From positions 124,001 through 188,000 of the forward strand of contig JAAOMT010000384.1 of assembly GCA_016748015.1 (NCBI GenBank): a stretch of 64,000 nt of DNA, given 5' to 3'. The number at the start of each line of letters is the position of its first letter. The stretch's first letter is position 1. Positions 24,390-36,000 of this stretch are shown here, in pieces. The position numbers and the translations under genes are program-made. The notes beneath the pieces are model-generated. The model ran no database searches and had not been told where the DNA came from. It saw only the letters and a list, made by a program, of their open reading frames with translations. This DNA comes from Geosiphon pyriformis uo1 (lineage: Eukaryota > Fungi > Glomeromycota).

Positions 24390-27088
24390 TGCTATTACTA
24401 AATGGTAAGTCTAGAGAAAGTGTCAGCATTTTAATGATTAGCTCCTTTGCAGTATTAAATGTCACAGTCGAATTTATCCAAGTGGAGTATCCAGTGAGTT
24501 ATCCGTTTATGTTCCAGATTTTTTTTGTTGCATAGCCAAACCAAAGCTTGATGATCTGTTACCACCAAAAATTTTACACCTTTAAGATATTTGTTCCAGT
24601 AGCTGGTAGCCCAAACTACTGCTAAGCATTCTTGCTCTGTGACTGAGTAGTTCCTTTCTGCTGATATGAGAGTTCTACTGGCATATGCTATGGCATGTTT
24701 CCTGTCATCTTCGTCTTTCTAGGAAAGAACAGCACCAAGTCCATAGCCAAATGCATCAGTATGGAGGATAAAAGGTTGATCCAGATTAGGTTGCATAAGG
24801 ATGGGTTCTATAACCAGTTTTTCTTTCAGAATTTCAAATGCTTTTTGTTGATAAGTGCTCCAGTGATAATTGATGTTTTTTCTAAGTAGCTGATTGAGAA
24901 GAGCGGCGATTTTGGAGAAATCCTTGACAAACTTGTAATAATAAGAGGCCAAACCAAGAAAAGAGTGTAGTTTATGAACATTCATTGGTTGTCTAATGTT
25001 TTGAACTTTTTTAATTTTGGCTGGATCAGGGAAGATTCCATCTTTTGTAATAAGATGGCCAAGAAACTGGGTGGATTGATGTCCAAAGAATGATTTGATT
25101 GGATTGATCTTGAGGCCAGCATTTCTAAAAAGGTCAAAAACCTTTTGCAAATATTCAAGGTGTTCATCTCAGGTTTTTGAGTATATCATTATGTCATCTA
25201 AGTAGACTAGAACAAAGTTTTTTTTTACTGATTCAAATACTTTGTCCATTAAGCATTGAAAGGTAGGAGGAGCATTTGTGAGACCAAAAGGCATGACGGT
25301 GAATTCATAGGTGCCATACTTGGTGATGAAGGCAGTTTTCTTTCTGCTTTCTGGATCCATCTCTACTTGCCAGAATTCAGCAGTTAAGTCAATGGTTGAG
25401 AAGAAAGCAGTACCATGGAATTGGTCTAGCATTGTATCAATCTTGGGAAGTGGGTACATGTCTCTTTCAATAATGGCATTTAATTGGCAATAGTCAACAC
25501 AAAAGCATAGGGTTCCTCCTTTCTTGGATATTACTACAACCAGGAATGCCCATTTATTCTTGGTTTCCTGTATGAATCCAAGGTTTTTCATTTGGGTTAT
25601 TTCCTTTTTGATAAACTCATCATTGTACCAGTTGGATTGATAGGGCTTCAAATGGATAGGGCAAGTTTCTCTGGTGATGATGGTGTGTTGTATCACATGT
25701 GTACGTCCAGAAGGTTCACTTTCTTTTGAGATAACTGGGCTGTTTCTAGCCAGCAGGTTTTCAATGTCTATCTTTCTTTCTTCTGGAAAGAGTTCTCTTT
25801 GTTTTACAACCAGTGATTGGATTTTAGGTGGTTTGTTTTCAAAGAACTTTTGGACTTCTTTTATTTTTTCATGGGGTATTAAGCTGATTAGTTTCCAATC
25901 TTTGTAATAGATCAGGCAGGACATGCATTCATTGCTAAGAAAATACAATGGTTTGTCACACCAGCACCGGGCACAAGGACCATGCTACCAATAACTATAT
26001 TTGGCTTTCTTGCCTGGCTTTCTGTCAAAGGTTCTTCTGAGCATGTTATAATAAGGCCAGCAGATCAGCTTGCCATTGACAATGATTCCTTTTTTATCTG
26101 CCTTGACATTATCCAGTGGTTTGCCATTGCTGGTGAAGATAGTATAGGCAAGTTCAACAGTTTCTTTTTGTTCTTCTTGTTCTTTTTCTTTCTTACTTTC
26201 TTCATCATCTGATTCATCTGATTCATTTTCTTCTGGGCTCTGCTTGGGTACTGGAGGAGTTGTCCAATAGTGACATTTAACCACAATGGGTTTCTCACCA
26301 CATCTGATGGTTAGTTCACAAAGTTCATAATTAAGCAAAGCTTTTGCTTTCTTGAGCCATTCATTGCCAACAATGATGATGTATTCTTTCACTTCAGATA
26401 CTTCCATATCAGTTTCAATGCTGATGCCATTGATGCAGACAGGAATAGCTTTGACTATGCCAAGCCCTTTCTTCTTATCATCATGTACATTGGTCATTGG
26501 TCATGTGGATGGTTCATCAATTTTTCTGCCAATTGCTTCAAGAAAGTGTTTGGCAATAACACTAACAGATGATCTACTGTCTAGGATCAAATCAATGAAG
26601 TAGCCAGCCACTTGGGCTTTACAAATTAGAGGAGTGACATTGCTATTGTCAGCAAGTCCAGCTTGGCAAAGGTGTTTGTTGGTTTTGAGTGTCTTTTTCT
26701 TTGGAATTAGAGATTTGCAAAGATCTTTTCTGAATTGTGGATGGGTCATCAATTGGCCAAAGGTTATATGTGCTGGGGTTTTCATGAGGTCTTTGACAAC
26801 AGAATAGGGGCCGGATTTTTGTACTATTTCTGGGAGTTTCAACTTTGGAGGGTTTTTGAAAACTTTGGCTTTTGGGGGCTCATTGTTGTTAACAGTTGAT
26901 ATAGAAGCTTTATTGGGGTTCAGAATGAAATCAACTTTGGCTTTCTTCTTCTTTCTTGTAGATTCAGAGAGGTTGATTGCTAATTCATCCATGTCATGGT
27001 CATCATCAGTTAAGTTAAAAGCAAAAAAGAGGTTTTCTTTTGGTTGGCTTGCACTTTCACCCTTTGGAAATGCGCCTACTAGTTTAAA
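24390..27088 (-). pseudogene. B1 pol (PR, CxxC linker, RT, RNase H)
   Basis: LILDSRSS; MPFGLTNAPPTFQ; VYLDD; HTDAFGYGLGAVL. Confidence 0.92.
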
Positions 27089-28629
27089 GGCTAATAAACA
27101 GTGGCTTCAACTAGGGGATTCTTTCCAAAGAAATTGATGTTGGCATGATTGGGTCTTTGGTTGGGCACATTGTTGTTGTTGGATCTGTTGTTCTGAGCAT
27201 CATTGTTTCTGAGAACTGGTGGAGGCAGTGGAAGATTGTTGCAATCTCTTGAAAAGTGTCCAGTTAATCCACAGCGATAGCATACAGGTGGGTCATGATT
27301 TTGTTGTCTTTGATAAGATGGTTGCTGGGGCTGATTGAAGCGTGATTCAAATCTGGGTCTTTATGGTTGTTGATTTTCTCTGACTGCTTGGGCTAAGGGT
27401 TCTAATAACCAGGCAAGATTTGCTGTGAGTCTGTCTATTAACTGTTTATTTGGATCTTGAGTGTGAGTGGCAAAAGAAGTAGCAGCCATTTGAGGGGCAG
27501 GAGCCATGACAGGAGCAGGAGCAAAAACTGGTAGTGTAGATCCCAAGTACATCCTTTGGTTATTTTCAATTCTTTGTGCTAATTCAATGGCCATATCCAT
27601 GGTGGAATTATCTTTCAGGGCCAGAAGGGGCCAAAGAGCATATGATAGATCAGTTCTCAATTCTTTTGTGAAGGAGTGAATTTTCTGCTCTTCTGTCCAA
27701 TTTCTCCCAGAGTCTACATATTTGATTAGCTTTCTAATAGCCTTGGCATATTCAGTCACTACTTCTTCAGGACCTTGGGTTCTTTTTTTCAATTCCATGC
27801 ACCATTTGGATATTAATATTGGAGTTCTGAACTTGGCCTCAAATCAGGTAGTAAAAGAGATATTTTCTTCTCCAACATTGATTGGTGTCCATCTGATTAT
27901 TCTGTGTTGAGCATTGACATCTGTTTCTTGTGAGAACCAGGTAGCAGGAGAGCCTTGAAGGTAGCCACCAACGATTTGGAACTTGTATTTTTTATTATAC
28001 TGGTTGGCTGTGGCAGCTCTCTCAAAATCATCCAACCATTCAATTGGATCTTGTGCATCACCTCTAAATAGTGGTAGTGGGGTATTGTTTCTTCTTCTTA
28101 GAGCAGTTTGTATATCTTGGAGGGCAGCCAGAATATTTGCTTGCATGGGGTTATTAGCCATTGGTTCAGGGGTAACTGTTTGTGTAGATGAGTCTGATTC
28201 ACTTAATAAAAGGTCAAAAACAGAGGCAGTTTGGTAACTTTATTTTTCTGTTTCAAAGGAAGTTTCAGTTGCTTAATGGGCAGCAATCCAAATGTGGATT
28301 TGATGATTCAGATATTCGAAATCAGGAGGCTGTTGTTCAAAGGTTGCAGAATATAAGAGTTGATTGATACTGTTGTTTCTTTCTTTAAAGTTGTTTTCAA
28401 AATAAGCTTGGTCAAAGTAATAGATCGTATAAGCTGTATAGGTTTCAGCTGAATGCTCGTTCAGAAACCAGTTCCAAAAGTTTTGGAATTGTCTACTGAA
28501 TTGTTCTTCAAGGGAGAAACAGATCAAGCAGGAAGGCAGAGGATTAAGTTCAATGAAATCTAGGTCGTTTCTGTTGTGTGCTGCAAAGTGTTCTTTTGAT
28601 TGCTGTGGCAGATATAAGTAATCACCCAT
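27079..28629 (-). pseudogene. B1 gag
   Basis: LPLFRGDAQDPIEWLDDFE; retrotransposon gag core; CYRCGLTGHFSRDC knuckle. Confidence 0.9.
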
Positions 28630-28658
28630 ACAATGAGGGAATAAGTGAATTTTGACAA

Positions 28659-28675
28659 CCTCACAGGGAGCACCA
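28659..28675 (-). promoter_or_regulatory. PBS complementary to the 3' end of elongator tRNA-Met
   Basis: TGGTGCTCCCTGTGAGG; the plus strand reads cctcacagggagcacca, like the 3' ends of eukaryotic elongator tRNA-Met as recalled. Confidence 0.8.
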
Positions 28676-28681
28676 CTTTTA

Positions 28682-29408
28682 TGTTACGGGTTGGAGTAAC
28701 AAGCTAATGAATAGCAAGGGAGAACAGTATTGTATGGTAATGGAAATAAACAAAGAGAGAATTACAATAAGGGAGCAAATTGAATAAGTAAGAATTCAAT
28801 ATGCGTGATCAGTCTCATAAAAATCACAGTCGCTAATCTTTTCTTAAATCTGAAGGTAGAGAAATAGTCTGTGATTGTCAACAAGATAACACCATTGCTA
28901 TTATTTTATGCCTCAACTTGGCAATTCTTAGAATCAATAACAGGTATCATTGTGCTTTTCAATCGTTTTTTTATTTAATGAATTACAAGAGCAAGCCAAT
29001 TGCTTCTTAGGCTAATTCTAACAAATACAAATCAAGAAGGGGAAAAGATAAGGTATGTGAATGCCAACAAGTAGATACTTGAATGTAAGGAAAGGGGAAT
29101 AAGCGATTATGAAAGGAAGTAATTAATATTGTTTTTTTTTGTTACTTTGATCATGTCTTTCTACAGCTAAGGGAATTATTGCTTATATAGCTATCTAAAA
29201 TAGTCAATGACCAGGTCAACAATCAGGTCAATAATCAGGTCAATGATCAGATCATTGATCAGGTCAATGATTAGGTCAATAATCAGGTCAATGGTCAAGT
29301 CATTGATCAGGTCAATGATCACTATCTAAAAATAAGGTGGCTAATTATATGACATCAGTGGCTAATACATGTGATAACTAATAAAAACTATGGGTTTCAA
29401 CTGTAACA
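28682..29408 (-). repeat. B1 5' LTR (727 bp)
   Basis: TG..CA termini; adjacent PBS. Confidence 0.93.
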
Positions 29409-30255
29409 ATATTATCAAACACCAAAAAGTAGAATTCTATTCAACCAATTCATGAAAATACAAACAAAAACTCTAAAAACTTCTAGAATTCTGTACCTTT
29501 AGGGCCATAATAATAATCTTTGGACAAAATCTTTGAGAGAATACAAATTGTTATTTAGGAATCTTACCCTAATAGTCAGCCAACTTGATGGAAGCATGTC
29601 TTCTTAAACACTACCACTAGCACAGTCCTTAATAGAGTTAACAATCATCTCTACAAAAGAAACAGCCATCTTGCCACTTATTGGTTTTAACAAAAGAAAA
29701 CAATCAGCATTAGCACTTAGAGAACAATATAGTACTCTATCATCAATTTCTTTAGTCTCAACCAATAAACTATTTTCAGTTAATTAAAACATGGCTTACC
29801 AAGATATTACTAGGCTTAAGAAATTTTTCAGAGAGAAAGAAAACACATATTCTTGGATTGTAGAAGCTAAGAAAGCAATTACTACCAATAATTGGGATGA
29901 TAACAGAACAATCTAAGCATTGTCTTTCTTTTTAATAGAAATGGCAAATTCATAGTACTAAAGTCTTAAAGAAAAACCAACTGACTTTGCTACTTTTAAA
30001 CTTGTTTTTTTACAATATTTTTGTGATCTTAATATGCTCATTAGATTACAAAATCAGTTCAATATAGTAAAACAAAAAAATCATAAAGCTGTAACCACTT
30101 ATTTTGAATGATTTAATCAAATTTTCCAATAAGTTTAGACAATTGAAAGAGACTATTACACACTTGAACAAATTTTTAATTAATTTATTAAAGAATTAAG
30201 AAGTAATATTCTACAATCAGTAAAACTCTAGCATCTAATAAACTTACAAGAAGCA

Positions 30256-32683
30256 AAAAAAAAATCTCTTTCTTTCCTAATTTTCATAATTACGATTAGA
30301 GCTAAGAATAAAAAAGTTGCAATCATTATTTTTCTTATAGTAACTAATAAAGTTTCAACATGAGAAGATTTTTCTGTTATTAAAGCAGCTAGACAAAATA
30401 TTCTGGCTATATTTTCTTTAAAAAATATTAGTGAAAAGCTGCCTTTAGCAGCTTCTGGTTTATTTTTTTCATCTTTGGCTGGTGGTTTTTCTCCAGTTAA
30501 AGTTCTTTCTAAAAGACACACTCAGATTAGTCCCAGTATAGTCTTTACTACTTCTAAAAACCCAAAAATTTTTAATAACAGACCAGTCAACAAGTTGGTT
30601 TTTCCTGCTCTCACCACTCCCATTACTACTACTACTACTATTTTTGCTTTACAAATGACTGCAAAAGCCAAAAATTCCAAAAAACAACAGCAGGCAATCA
30701 CAACTGCTATGGTTACACCAAACCCTTTTGTGGTTCCAGATAAGATCTTGAGTAAAATCTCCACAGCAGCAGCCAGCTCTCTTCCTGATATAGATAGCAA
30801 TAGTGACAGCTCAACTCTTAATATAACACAAGATCAATTACTGGCTGTGCTACTTAATGTGGTGATCTCTGGCAGATTTTTTTCTGCCATAAAAGCAAAA
30901 CAGTTTATTATTTTAGATAATCTCAAAAATTGGGCTGATTAAATAGAAATGGAATCATCTCTCTCTCAGTTTTTGGTGTTGCTAATAGAAGTGCTTAAAT
31001 AAATGTAAATGGTCAACAAAGGTTCTCTGGGTGGGTGGCCTCTACTCTTGTGCCTAGTGCCATATTTAAGATCAAGATGGCCCTTTTTAATTCTTTGTTT
31101 CAGCTTTTGTCTGGTTGTATTGGACTTATATCAGTCTCACAAGATGTTGTCAAGTTGTTTTGTGTGGAATTTGCATCTCAGAAGAGTCTAAATAGTGCCA
31201 CCAAAGTGGTTATTGATAATAAAGTTTTTTTGACCACTTTTAAGATTGCACAGTCTTCTGGTGTGGTCTATGTTTTTTCTCTTCTTTTGTTAGTTGCACT
31301 TCATGATGTACCTTTAAGTACCTCCTCTGATGACATCAAATCTGTTCTTGGTATTTTTGGTGTTGTTACTTTTGTTAAGTTAAAGTCTGCTGGCTTATGG
31401 CAATATGCTGTGGTTTATTTTAAAGACGCTTTTTCTACTGCTACTGCTCTTATTCACTGGTCTGTGCTAGTTAAGAAAGACAGTGTCAGGATTTTTTTTG
31501 TTGTTAACCAAAATAATGTTATTTTATCAAGAGATGCTTTTAAGGCTAAGTTGGTCAATCTTCTATTTGGCTGCACTGCTTTTAAGATAAGTAATTTAGT
31601 CTTTCAAGTTGGTGGCTGTACTTGTTTCATTTCCTGCTCCCCTAAATCATACTAACATCAACATTTTGCTGTGGTTATCTTTGATTCCTTGGAATACTTG
31701 AACACTACTGTTTCAAAAACTGGTATCTTGCATGATTGTCACATCTGGTGGAAAACTCCTGAATGTTGCTGCTGCTATAGATGTCAAGAGCTGGATCATT
31801 TAGCTGTGGACTGCAAGGTGTTACCACTTCTTCTTCCCAAATTCTCTTTCAATTCTGCTGGTGGTCCCAAAGTATTTAAGTCATCTTTTGCAAAAACTAA
31901 ATCTTATGCCAAAGCTGCTGCCTATGTGGTTCCTCCTATTGCTGCTGCTGTTAATATGGATTTGGATTTTGGTGCTCCTCTCCAAAGGTGTTACATTTTT
32001 GCTGCTTGTTGTCTCCTCTAATCTTAATGTTGCTGTTAACACTAGGTTGGCTTCTCTGGAATCTCATTTTGGTAAGCTGTCTTTGTTAATAAAATTCTTA
32101 GTTGAACCTGTTGGTGTGCTGGTTATTTTGGTCACCAGATTGTTGTTTGCTTCATCTGCTATGGATGTGTTTGTCAAGGAAAGTATGGTTAAATTGGCTA
32201 GACAAAATAAAGACTTTGCTGTTATTATTTCTATGATGCAGAAAAAAATGGTACACCTCGAGAAAAAATATGAACAGGCTTGGAAGATGTATTAGATAAT
32301 AATAACATAGATGATAATAATAGTAATGATGATATTAAAAATTTTTCTGTTTATGATAACATCTTTGATCTTATGATAAATCTATGGGAAAAACAACCCT
32401 CCAGTATCAAATCAAATCCTGATCAGACTGTTAAGTGAATAAGTAGTATGGTTAAGAATAGTCATAAGCTTGTTAGCATTATGAGTAAGATGTATGAATT
32501 AGATATGTTTGATACATTAGGTAGCAAAGATAGTACTAGCATGTAGTTAGGGCTTTCCACTTGTAGTTAGCCGTATTTTGTGATTTTGTATTATTGGATG
32601 AGCTGGTTTTATGAAAACACCATATTACTGTGATTATAACTAATAAATAACCAGTGTGGCTACATGTTAACAAAAAAAAAAAA
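30256..32683 (+). mobile_element. ORF1-only non-LTR retroposon (HAL1-like), copy b, about 2.43 kb
   Basis: TSD aaacttacaagaagca at 30240-30255 and 32684-32699; poly(A); decayed ORF ~30286-32546 (RRM-like blocks, CYRCQELDHLAVDC); ~125-nt 3' UTR; no ORF2. Confidence 0.92.
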
Positions 32684-33062
32684 AAACTTACAAGAAGCAG
32701 TTCTCTTTGTTTGTGACTTTGAATTAACAGAACAAAAAACCAGTCACACTCAAGTTGTCAATTTGGCCATTAACAGAACTCCCAATATTGATGAGAAGTT
32801 TACTTAATTAAGTGAGAAATTAACTCAAAAAATTGAGAGATTCTTAACCAGTACTACAGAAATCTAATAACCACTTCAATAAAGAGACAACAACAACAAC
32901 AAATACCAATCACAACAAAATTGTCAACAACAACAACAATCCTAGAGATCAGATCTCTGCAATTGTTACTATTGTCAGAAATCCAAACATATTGTCTGGG
33001 ATTGCTAAAAGAAAGTAGCAAACCAAAACCAAAGAAATCAATATTATTAACAACCAAGATAT

Positions 33063-36000
33063 TGTTACGAGTTGGAGTAACAAGCTAATGGATAGCAAAG
33101 GAGAACAGAATTTTAGAATAATAAAAATAATCAAAGAGATTTCAATTTCAAGGAGTGAATTAAATAAGTAAGGATTCAATGTGCAAAATCAGTCTCATAA
33201 AATATCTCAGTCACTGTAGAAAAATAGTCTGTACTGTCAACAAATAATCACACACTGGTATAATTCTATGCCTTACATTAGTACTCTTAAAATTCAATAT
33301 CAGGTATCAGATGTACTCTTCAGTTACATTTTATTCAATAATTTTCAAATACTGCAATTACATATTTCAGGAAAAGAATAAGAAATATCCAACAAGTGAT
33401 CTTTTATCCTAAGATGTTTAGATATTTGAAGATAAAAAAAAGGAAATTAGTAACAAAAGAATGATTGAGATAAAAGTTGTTATTTTATTTTTTTTCTTTC
33501 TTTGATTCTTACATGTTTTTTTATAGCTAAGAGATTCATTGCTTATATAGCTATCAAAAGTGGTCAATGATTAAGTCAACAACTAGGTCAATAATCAGGT
33601 TAACAGTCAGATCAACAGTCAGGTCATTGATCAGATTAATAATTACTATCTAAAAATAGAGTGGCTAATTATATAACATCAGTAGCTAATACATGTAATA
33701 ATTAATAAGAAGTATAGATTTCAACTGTAATATCATTATCTTCAAAAAAATTGAGCTCTGGAAAAATTAAGCTATTCATGATGTAATTTATTTGAAGAGT
33801 TTTATCTAACTCAAAGCTAACTAGTTTGTTAAAGTCTTTTGTAGATAGGGTATATAACACTTGAAGCAAAATGAGTTTTGTATTTAAGAGACCAAATCTT
33901 TGTATTAGAGTTTTGGCTCTTTTAACAATAGTTAAAACTCTTAGAACATCTAATCATATAATGCCCAAAATTTCTGCCTGTATCTCTGAAGTTGTTTTTT
34001 TCATGAGTTTCATATCCTCTATAATTTTACCAAGATGACCATAGAGTTTTATTTGTTTTTCATATGACAAATTTTTGTCTATAGACAAGATTTCTTCTAA
34101 TTGTGCTAAAAAGTAAGAGTATAACTGCTGTTATACTTTCTAACAGATATTTATCTATTTTGCTACCAATTTTTTCTCTTCTGGTAGTAGTTTTCTTTGG
34201 TTTAATAACAGTATGTGTTCTACTGTTATCAGTTATAGTGGTCTGTTTTCCAATGATCAGAGTAGCATTTGAATAGTTTTTGATCCAATACTTATGGAAA
34301 GTATAGAAAGCATTTTGAATGTTTTGATCCAGAAAATAATTATTTATGTTGATTGAAAATACCTCTGTTTTGAGAATAGTGCATTTATTTATACTTGATT
34401 TTTGTTGATCATTTGGGTTGTTATTACCACAACAGATAACCAATCAGGTCATTTATAATATTTCTTGAGTCATATACTATGAACAAAATGATTATTGAAG
34501 ATTGTTCCAAATTGATTTTAAAGAATATAAAAACCATTGTTCAAAACTTTGTTGACTATAAAAGGTTCTTTCCACCAGTTAGAAAATTTATTACCATAAA
34601 CATTGTCTCTGTCTGAATAGTATTTTAGTACTAAGTGACCAACACTTAAAGAAAGTGTTTTATAGGTTTTTTTTTCTTAAGCTTTTCTTGGAACTGTTTT
34701 ATCTTTTTAAAAGCAATTATTCATGTTTCTACCAAGGAGTCAAGAATAGTACCAAGTCTTCTTTGCAAAATGTCTTTGTAATTTTCTATTGTAATTTCTT
34801 CAAAGGGTATTGTTTTAATGTCAGTTTTTATTGATAGAGTTGCCATGTGTTCATAAAGTAGATAAAAAGGTTCATAACTTGTTATGTCATAATTTACAGT
34901 TCTATAAGCAAACAAAACTGAAAACAGTACTTTGTCCCATAAGTTTGTTTTTTCACTGGCTTTGGCCAGAGTTTTACATAATGTTCAATTGAAATGTTTT
35001 ACTAGGCCATTTGTTTAGAAGTGATAGAAGAAGGAAAGTTTGTAATGTATTCCCATTTTTCTGCAAGATTCTTCAACCAATATGCTGAGAAAAGCTCTTC
35101 ATCTATTAGATAAAACTTCTTTAGGGCAGCCATGACAGCAGATGATTTTTTCATAAATAAAATTGGCTATTAAGACTGCTGTTTGGTCTGAAGTAGCTCT
35201 TGTTTCTACTCACTTTGTAAGATAATCAGTAGCTGTGATAATGTATTTGTTGCCATTAGGAGTTATTGTTAAAGATCCAATAACATCTATACTAATTCTG
35301 TCAAATTGTTGACCAATAAAGATTGGATGGATATCTTCTTTGCAATTGGGTTTGCCTCTTCTTTGGCAGATGTCACAGGTTTTGATGTATTCAGCAATGT
35401 TATTTCCCAAGGTAGGCCAATAATAGTAAGCTAAAGTTTTCTGAATTGTTTTTGTTTTTCCAAAGTATCTAGCTAATGGGTCAATATGCATGTTGTATAT
35501 TACAATTTCTCTTTTTTCAAATTTAATGACTCTCTGAAGGTGGTCAAGATCTTTTTTGTTTTTTTTATATAATTGGTTCTGGCAGATCAAATAGAAATTT
35601 GATTGTTTGTGCAAATATTCTCTTTGCTGTTAAGTGTATTCTAGTGAGTATTGTTCTTTACCCAAAAATTCCATTAAGATAGAGTAGTTGTTCAAGTCCA
35701 TTATCATGTTTGTTTGTGAAGAAGTTACTAATAATCAGGTTGGTTTGGTTTGAGAGATTGTACTATTACTGGATGGTAAGTTAAGAGAGAGCATTGGTGT
35801 TTTGATGATTTGCTTCTTTGTGGTGTTGAATATCATAGTCGAATTCATCTAAATGAAGTATTTAGCCAGTTATTTATTTGTGTTCTAGCTTTTTTTTATT
35901 GTACAGCCAAACCAAGACTTGATGATCTGTTACTACTAGGAATTTTACACCAAGAAGATATTGATCCCAGTAACTAGTAGCCCAAACTACAACTAAACAT

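Larger units (their letters stand above)
21574..29408 (-). mobile_element. Gypsy family B, copy 1, full length, TSD ATAT
   Basis: LTRs 21574-22348 and 28682-29408; ATAT on both flanks; PBS, gag, pol, IN, ORF4, PPT. Confidence 0.96.
13253..33062 (+). mobile_element. Old Gypsy element 'E': 5' LTR (~13253-21069), PBS and gag, split by later insertions
   Basis: LTR-like end ccataata at 21069, then a PBS; gag pieces ~21100-21573, 29413-30255 (MAYQDITRLKKF..WIVEAKKAI) and 32700-33062 (CNCYYCQKSKHIVWDC knuckle); the left boundary is uncertain. Confidence 0.7.

Noticed and set aside
28780-28880. Functional tRNA-Met gene in the LTR
   Set aside because: Only the anticodon-arm boxes match; no acceptor stem or intact T-arm/B-box
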